Shown: positions 57,781 through 64,000 of the stretch, one piece after another
Layout: each line of letters starts with the position of its first letter
Position numbering within the stretch: the stretch's first letter is position 1
Assembly (NCBI GenBank): GCA_965263035.1
Contig: OZ253580.1
Span: forward strand, 4,544,001 to 4,608,000
Reading direction: 5' to 3'
From: Acidobacteriota bacterium
GTDB lineage: Bacteria; Acidobacteriota; UBA6911; RPQK01; JAJDTT01
Length of the DNA stretch: 64,000 nucleotides
The notes under the pieces: model-generated
Database searches by the model: none
What the model saw: only the letters and a program-made list of their open reading frames with translations
What the model was told of the DNA's origin: nothing
Translations under genes and position numbers: made by a program

Positions 57781-60700
57781 TCATGAGACCGCCTCCCCGG
57801 ATAGCACTTTCCAGAGGCGCTTGTATCCGCCCCCTGAGAGAGCAGCGCTGTCCGGGCGGGCGCGGTGCCAGTCGCGTTCACTGAGGTTCTTCAGGAACTC
57901 GCGCGCCTGGACAACGGAGTACCGGCCATCGTTCTCGCCGACTGTCTCGCGGTATAGCTTGCCAAGATTCTCTGCGACGCTACGGGGTGCAGCATTCATA
58001 CGCATCAGAACCGCGTCTTCCGTCCTGACGCCGTGGTAGATCATCGCCGGAAGCGCGTTGATCCTATGGGCCTCGGCTTCGGACAGCCTATCGAAGTCGA
58101 GACCGGAAACGCGGCTCAACGCGGCAATGCCCCAAGTTCCGCTATTGACAATGGTCCGGTAGATCGCACGGCAGGCATCCGTAATTGCCCGGGTTCCACC
58201 CTCGTCGTCTGATTCGCGGCTGAAATACTTCCGGGCGATGGCGTCGATTGCCTTGCCGTTGACCCAGTCGCGCGTGATTTCGGAAATCCGCATTCGGCCG
58301 CGACCTTCTCCGCGAATCTCATCAAGTTGCCTTTTCAGTTGCGGCACTTTCAACATCACTCCGTACAAATCGGCGATCCTGCCGCCTTCGCCGAAAAGGC
58401 TCTCCGGAGCCCAATCCGAGGGCGTGAGCCGAGTCTCGAGATTGCGCAGTTCCATCATCGCTCTTGTAACGCCTTCCGGGGAGAATCCCGTCGAGTCCGC
58501 AAGCTCGGCGACGCCACCGGGCATGTCGGCGAGCCTGTGGGCGTAGGCGCGCGTCGCGTCCAGCAACGCGTCGGCCTTATGCCGTTGCGAAGGGTCGTTT
58601 CGCAGCGACGTATATCCGAAGGTCTGCCGAAGAAGTTGTTCAGAGTCCGACAGCACGGCGTCCAAGTTCTTCTTTTCTGCCCACAGATGGGCGACATAGC
58701 AGCGGAAGTCTTCCCATTGATCCTGCCACAGCACCTCGGAGAGTCTTGCCAGTTCCCCTTGCGCGGCAAGTTCGTTCAATTGCGACACCAGACGGGAGAC
58801 AAGCGCGCCCGTGCTGCGGCTCACGAACTCGATGACGGATTGCGGGTCAGAACCTTCCGCAAGGCCGATTACACCCACGCTGTCATGGCCAATCCGGCCC
58901 GCGCGACCGGCAAGATTCCAGAATTCGCGCGACGACATTTCCACTCCATAGGGATACTTGTGCGTTTGCAGAAAAACGGAGGCAACCGGGAAATTGATGC
59001 CCTGCGCAATGGTGATGGTCGCACATAGGATCCTAAGGGTTCCTGTCTCGGCGAGCCATTCCATCAGGGCTCGTGCATCGTCGGACAAGCCGGCATGATG
59101 GACGCCCACCCCCTTCTCCAGGGTCGCGACAAGCTGGAAGGTCGAGCCGACCTCGGTGCGCAGGAAGTCCTGAACAAGCCGGATAGCCGGCGGCACCGGT
59201 TCGAGATCCGGCAGGCTTTGCGCGGCCTTTGCCGCCATTTTCCACACAGTGGGAATGTTGTTTGCGATAGCGATACTCGTGCCACGGGTAGACATGACCG
59301 TTGCCATTGCCGCCGTCTGGAGACCCAAGCCGTTTTGTCGACCCTTGGTGATGACGCGGCTTTTGGGTACATTGATGGGCCTCACCCCACCAACGCGGTG
59401 CGTGCCACTAAGCGCCATGGCCTTCGGCGTCGCGGTCAAGGTCTCGAAACGGAGATGCCAGCCGGCGCGCTGGCTGTTGTCCGGAGAAGCGCCATAGAGT
59501 CCGATAATCCGTTCGTTGGGCTTCCAAGGCACGGTGCCGAGGCTGATGGCCCGGCCCGCACTGACATCCTGAGCCAGCCACCGCGCAACCGATTCGGCCC
59601 CCTCGACATAGGGCGTGAGAAGCAGGAAGTTGGCCCGCGGACAATCCATCTTCACGGTGGCGAGCAACAGCTCGATGCGCAGTCCCCGGTCTTTGGATTC
59701 AATATTATGGGCTTCGTCCATGACCACGAGGGCCAGCGGGCGTTGCTCCACCTTCTTGTTGCGGATCAAGAGAGACAGTTTCTCGGGTGTGGCCACGAGA
59801 ATGTGGAAGGGCTGATGCGTTTCCGTCAGCAACTCTTCCTCAAAGGTATCCACCTCGACCGCCGCTGTTAGTTGTTCGACCCTAAGGCCGATGGGATCGA
59901 AATCCGTTTTCAGCCCCCGGGTGATCTGCGCGCACAGGGCCCGCGTCGGCGCCACATAGGCAACCCAGCCCTTTTCGGCATCGAACTGGTTCAGCGCCTG
60001 CAGGATGCGGAACTGCGCAAGCAATGTTTTTCCGCCCGATGTCGGCAAGTCGATCACGATCGCGGTCTTGGCCTGATCGAGGAGTCCCTGTTCCAAGAGC
60101 GCCGCGCGCTGCGGCGGCAGAAGTTCGAACATCGCCCGATGTTCGCGATGGGTGAGGGAGCGGACAAAGTGCGTCGTCCGTGAATTGACGGCGCGTGTTG
60201 CCCACCACAGGGAGTTGGTGACCATGATCCGCGCGGTTGCATGCATCCAGCGGAGGATCAATTCATGCTGGGCATCGCCTGACGCCGTCGCCGCTCGGAT
60301 GGCGCCGTCATAGTGCTTGTCGAGCGAGCCAAACGGGTTGGCCGGCTGACCTTGCAGCATGTAACGGGCCAGGATCTCGGTACCTCTTGCCCAGTGATAA
60401 AGTGCCGCGAGCCGCAGGGCGATTGCCCTGTCCTCTGCGGGCGAGCCGTTCTGGAGACGACCCTTCTCAAAGCGCTTTTGATCCTCGCGCAGTCCGGCGA
60501 TGATCTCCCTGATCCGGTCAAGATCGTCCCAGCCGCGCTTGCGAAACAACCGGACCCAGCAGTGAAAAAGTCGATACAGCAGGCGGCGGTCCCACGGCGT
60601 CCCGGCGACGCTCGGAGGCTTGAGGGCCTGTTCATTCTCCTTGTACCAGCGGCGAAGGTCGGACCAGCGGTCTCCGCAATAGGCGACGGCGGAAAGCTGT

Positions 60701-61056
60701 AGCACAAAGAAAAGGCGATCGTGCCTCTCAGCTGGAACCGGCAGCAAACGGCGGATGTCGAACGCGCGGAACGATGCAGCGGTCGCCTGATCGCGCAGTT
60801 CCATGTTCTCCCCGGAAGGCCGACTCAGTTCCTCCAGCCCTTCGATCGCAGCCATCTCGAACGCGAGTGCAACCCGTTCCAGCAAAGTGTCGTGGTCCTC
60901 GCTCCACGAAAACGAAAAGGCGATCTGTCCGCCAACAGCCCGATGAGCGAGGCGTTCATTCACGAGCCTTTCAGCACGCGCCAGATCAGCTGCGCCGATC
61001 GCGTTCACGGCCCAGTGACTTCGGAGCGCCTCGAGGGCCTGCCTGGACAGACTCAT
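57781..61056 (-). CDS. Ski2-like DEAD/DEAH helicase, HamB-like (Hachiman)
   Basis: LPTSGGKT, TPEK, DEAH, GVHHAGL, TIAQGINFP, NLAGRAGR; long helical N-terminus; ATGA overlap with the nuclease gene. Confidence 0.8.
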   Translation of the reverse strand: MSLSRQALEALRSHWAVNAIGAADLARAERLVNERLAHRAVGGQIAFSFSWSEDHDTLLERVALAFEMAAIEGLEELSRPSGENMELRDQATAASFRAFDIRRLLPVPAERHDRLFFVLQLSAVAYCGDRWSDLRRWYKENEQALKPPSVAGTPWDRRLLYRLFHCWVRLFRKRGWDDLDRIREIIAGLREDQKRFEKGRLQNGSPAEDRAIALRLAALYHWARGTEILARYMLQGQPANPFGSLDKHYDGAIRAATASGDAQHELILRWMHATARIMVTNSLWWATRAVNSRTTHFVRSLTHREHRAMFELLPPQRAALLEQGLLDQAKTAIVIDLPTSGGKTLLAQFRILQALNQFDAEKGWVAYVAPTRALCAQITRGLKTDFDPIGLRVEQLTAAVEVDTFEEELLTETHQPFHILVATPEKLSLLIRNKKVEQRPLALVVMDEAHNIESKDRGLRIELLLATVKMDCPRANFLLLTPYVEGAESVARWLAQDVSAGRAISLGTVPWKPNERIIGLYGASPDNSQRAGWHLRFETLTATPKAMALSGTHRVGGVRPINVPKSRVITKGRQNGLGLQTAAMATVMSTRGTSIAIANNIPTVWKMAAKAAQSLPDLEPVPPAIRLVQDFLRTEVGSTFQLVATLEKGVGVHHAGLSDDARALMEWLAETGTLRILCATITIAQGINFPVASVFLQTHKYPYGVEMSSREFWNLAGRAGRIGHDSVGVIGLAEGSDPQSVIEFVSRSTGALVSRLVSQLNELAAQGELARLSEVLWQDQWEDFRCYVAHLWAEKKNLDAVLSDSEQLLRQTFGYTSLRNDPSQRHKADALLDATRAYAHRLADMPGGVAELADSTGFSPEGVTRAMMELRNLETRLTPSDWAPESLFGEGGRIADLYGVMLKVPQLKRQLDEIRGEGRGRMRISEITRDWVNGKAIDAIARKYFSRESDDEGGTRAITDACRAIYRTIVNSGTWGIAALSRVSGLDFDRLSEAEAHRINALPAMIYHGVRTEDAVLMRMNAAPRSVAENLGKLYRETVGENDGRYSVVQAREFLKNLSERDWHRARPDSAALSGGGYKRLWKVLSGEAVS

Positions 61057-61850
61057 GACACCGCTCCCGCCCTGGCCGCGATAGCGCCGTCGCCGATCCC
61101 TTCAAGGCGACCGACCGGTAGGTACAACGCAATTAGCTCGATCCTCGTGCCATCGGGGCAGCCCTTGCCGAGACTCTCGACCCGCACTCTCACATCGTCC
61201 TTGTGTGGCGAGACGTCCCGGACGAGAAATCCGAACAGCCGCACGTCGGACTTGTTGACCAGATAGCGTTTCCCCGCCCGTCGGAAACGTTGCAGCCAGG
61301 CGGCCCCCTTGGCGCGATAGCCGAGGTACTTGAAGAGGTCGTCCCGTATGGAGGTACTGTCGCGAAGATCTTCAAGCTGCTGCTTGAGACCCGTGCGACC
61401 ATACATCGCTCCCGGCGGGTACCTGTCTTCTGAGGCTGTCTTGACTTCGCCGAAAGCCAGACAATCGCTTTGGGCATCTGCGTGCAGACCAACTAGATCA
61501 GCTCCCGGAAGGCTGGAACCGCGCTTTCGCTCGTCGCGTCCGTCGGGCCACGGGAAGCGGCAGTCGCGGTGATCAGTCAGCCAGGTCTCGGCGATTGCCT
61601 CTCCCACCCGCCAGTCCTCGATTCGCTCCGGTTCGGCAAGAACGCGGCGCAGGCCATCCTGCTCGAATGCGGTGTCGACGATTCCGCGCAGTATCTCTTC
61701 GATGTCGGCCCTGCCTTCGTCGTCGAACAACACGGCGGCCACCGGGCCATTCAATGCCGCGTCGAGTTCCTCGCCGGACCACTCAAGACCAAGCCCGGTG
61801 GAGGGTGGATCACCCGCGGAGTAATCGGCTTCTCCCGATGCTACTGTCGC
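61053..61850 (-). CDS. HamA-like PD-(D/E)XK nuclease (start uncertain: TTG 61754, or a mutated GTG at 61850)
   Basis: VGEAIAE, LPGADLVG, FGEVKT. Confidence 0.7.
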   Translation of the reverse strand, partial: ATVASGEADYSAGDPPSTGLGLEWSGEELDAALNGPVAAVLFDDEGRADIEEILRGIVDTAFEQDGLRRVLAEPERIEDWRVGEAIAETWLTDHRDCRFPWPDGRDERKRGSSLPGADLVGLHADAQSDCLAFGEVKTASEDRYPPGAMYGRTGLKQQLEDLRDSTSIRDDLFKYLGYRAKGAAWLQRFRRAGKRYLVNKSDVRLFGFLVRDVSPHKDDVRVRVESLGKGCPDGTRIELIALYLPVGRLEGIGDGAIAARAGAVS

Positions 61851-62212
61851 GCCACGGCCTCCACCAGTTTCTCGGATTCACGGACGCGGATTTCGCCGGA
61901 GATGAGCTTTGGGAGAAGGGCATCGCGGCGGGCGGCGAGGCTAACGGCGTCCTTCATGTTAGCGGAGAGCCGACCGTACGGCGGGCGGCCAAGAGGCTCA
62001 AAGACCCGAAGAATCGCGTGCGACGACACAAGCACGGATATCAAGCGAAACGACATCTTGCTGATCTCCGGACATGTCGAGCCGCCGGCAGTGTCCCCAA
62101 TGTGACCGAGACTGTGATGACACCAGTTCAATACATACAGGCTCTGCAAGCGCTTCTCGCATCTCATTGCCATGGATCCTTGGTCCACGGCGGTCGGCAC
62201 CTCGGCGAGCGC
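61841..62212 (-). pseudogene. hsdS: Type I hsdS C-terminal relic
   Basis: GSTCPEISK..LAARRDALLPKLISGEIRV; 5' part replaced by AT-rich sequence near 62215. Confidence 0.8.
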
Positions 62213-62867
62213 TAGGTGTCCAGTTCTCACTCGGAAATTCGTAAGTTACTGAGAAATAAGGAGTAGGAGGTATTTTCAAGCCCCGGTGTTGTCATGGTCA
62301 GTTGTTACGCTATGGGTGACAAATCAAAGAGAACAAACGACTTACACAAAAACGAAGGCTTGAAACATGCGTCGAAAACAGGAAAATCAGATTCCGCTCC
62401 CAAGGTCTTGGACGACAACTCCTTAATCTTGAATCCGGTTCTACACGTTCTGTGTGACACAGGCAACTCACCTCAGGGGACTACCGGTCTCTCCGCCGAG
62501 CAGGTCCTACGGGTGAGAGCAAGAACGTGACTGTTCCCTTCACGCTTTTTCTTGTCCCCCCATTCCTCCTCGTCCTCTGGCTCCATCGGAGTTTGACGGC
62601 GGAGAGCCGACGCTCCCAGACTATTCTTTTTCTGTCCGGATTCCGCCGGCCCGCGACCGGTGGGGGAGCATATGAGAAGTCTTCGGGTTTTCCAGGGGCC
62701 GCAAAAGAGCCGGATCGCCCGCACGGGACGAAGAACCGATGCTCCTCTGAGAGAACGGGAGAGTCCACTACCAAATCGGTGTCGCAATGCCAGGACCAAG
62801 TTTCATCCCGCCGGAATACTCCCGGTCTCCTGGGATTCTGGACAGTTTGAGATATCCTGAGTATCCG

Positions 62868-64000
62868 ATGAACAGCACCGATCTGAACTGGATCGCCAAC
62901 TACATCTGGGGCATCGCCGACGACGTTCTGCGCGATCTCTACGTGCGCGGCAAGTACCGCGACGTCATTCTTCCCATGACCGTTCTGCGGCGGCTGGATG
63001 TGGTGATCGAGGACACGAAGCAGGCCGTGCTTGATATGAAAGCCAGTCTCGATGGGCTGGGTATCGTCGAGCAGGATCCGGCCCTGCGGCAGGCCTCGAA
63101 ACAGGAATTCTACAACACCTCGAAGTTCACCTTGCGCGACTTGAGGTCCCGCGGCAACCGGCAGCAGCTCACGGCCGACTTCAAGGCCTACCTCGACGGT
63201 TTTTCTCCCAACGTCCAGGATATTCTGGACAACTTCGAATTCCGCAACCAGATTCCACGGCTGTCCAGGGCCGATGCCTTGGGCTCGCTGATCGAGAAGC
63301 TCACTTCGCCGGAAATCAATCTGAGTCCCGACCCGGTCCTGAATGCTGACGGGTCCGTGCGGCACCCCGGCCTCGACAACCACGGGATTGGGTCGATCTT
63401 CGAAGAGCTGGTTCGGCGTTTCAACGAGGAGAACAACGAGGAGGCGGGGGAACACTGGACCCCGCGGGACGCCGTGACGCTGATGGCGAAGCTCCTCTTC
63501 CTGCCCATCGCCGACGAGATCAAGTCCGGAACCTACCTGCTCTACGACGGCGCCTGTGGGACCGGCGGCATGTTGACCGTGGCCGAGGAGACCCTGTCGC
63601 GGCTCGCCGCGGAGCGCGGCAAGCAGGTCTCCACACACCTCTACGGCCAGGAGATCAACGCCGAGACCTACGCCATCTGCAAGGCCGACCTGCTGCTGAA
63701 GGGCGAAGGCGCGGCGGCCGACAACATCGTGGGCGGGCCGGAGCACTCGACACTCTCCAACGACGCGTTCCCATCCAGCGAGTTCGACTTCATGCTCTCC
63801 AATCCGCCCTACGGCAAGAGCTGGAAGAGCGACCTGGCACGCATGGGCGGCAAGAAGGAGATGCGCGACCCGCGTTTCGTGATCGAGCATGCGGGCGATC
63901 CCGAGTACTCGCTGGTCACGCGGACCAGCGACGGCCAGATGCTGTTTCTCGCCAACAAGCTCTCCAAGATGAAACGGCACACGCCCCTGGGCAGCCGGAT
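62868..64000 (+). CDS. hsdM: Type I RM methyltransferase subunit (runs off the window)
   Basis: IWGIADDVLRD..GKYRDVILPMTVLRRLD, GEHWTPRD, YDGACGTGGML, GQEIN, NPPYG; missing from the ORF track because there is no stop. Confidence 0.95.
   Translation, partial: MNSTDLNWIANYIWGIADDVLRDLYVRGKYRDVILPMTVLRRLDVVIEDTKQAVLDMKASLDGLGIVEQDPALRQASKQEFYNTSKFTLRDLRSRGNRQQLTADFKAYLDGFSPNVQDILDNFEFRNQIPRLSRADALGSLIEKLTSPEINLSPDPVLNADGSVRHPGLDNHGIGSIFEELVRRFNEENNEEAGEHWTPRDAVTLMAKLLFLPIADEIKSGTYLLYDGACGTGGMLTVAEETLSRLAAERGKQVSTHLYGQEINAETYAICKADLLLKGEGAAADNIVGGPEHSTLSNDAFPSSEFDFMLSNPPYGKSWKSDLARMGGKKEMRDPRFVIEHAGDPEYSLVTRTSDGQMLFLANKLSKMKRHTPLGSR

Noticed and set aside
62213-62470. MITE/IS truncating hsdS
   Set aside because: AT-rich and begins at CTAG, but no convincing TIR pair or TSD

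Overview
GC-rich bacterial chromosome segment. The DUF1501/DUF1549-DUF1553 cytochrome c genes suggest an Acidobacteria/PVC-like lineage (inference). The left ~31 kb is mostly housekeeping and metal homeostasis. It holds a Sir2 deacylase, rmlD, two CDF exporters (one frameshifted), a ZIP-like permease, a His/acid-rich TonB receptor, two DUF1501 + PSCyt/DUF1549/DUF1553 sets, dcyD, an Nramp-like permease, tRNA-Arg(TCG), a PHP-ATPase (Ppl/TrlF-like) and leuB. It also carries a 159-bp MITE family and an IS1595 with passenger DNA. From ~31.9 kb to the end, a [beta-propeller - TIM-barrel lipoprotein - higA] module occurs three times. Each copy is followed by different defence/TA cargo: type I RM relics + hicBA; a HEPN-LprI fusion + IS1595; then DUF433/PIN, P63C, a VCH_CASS14-like gene, a 1245-aa PD-(D/E)XK protein split by IS630 and IS1380, a Hachiman-like pair behind an hsdS relic, and a partial hsdM. 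No CRISPR array or rRNA was seen. All family calls come from motif recognition by eye, not database searches.
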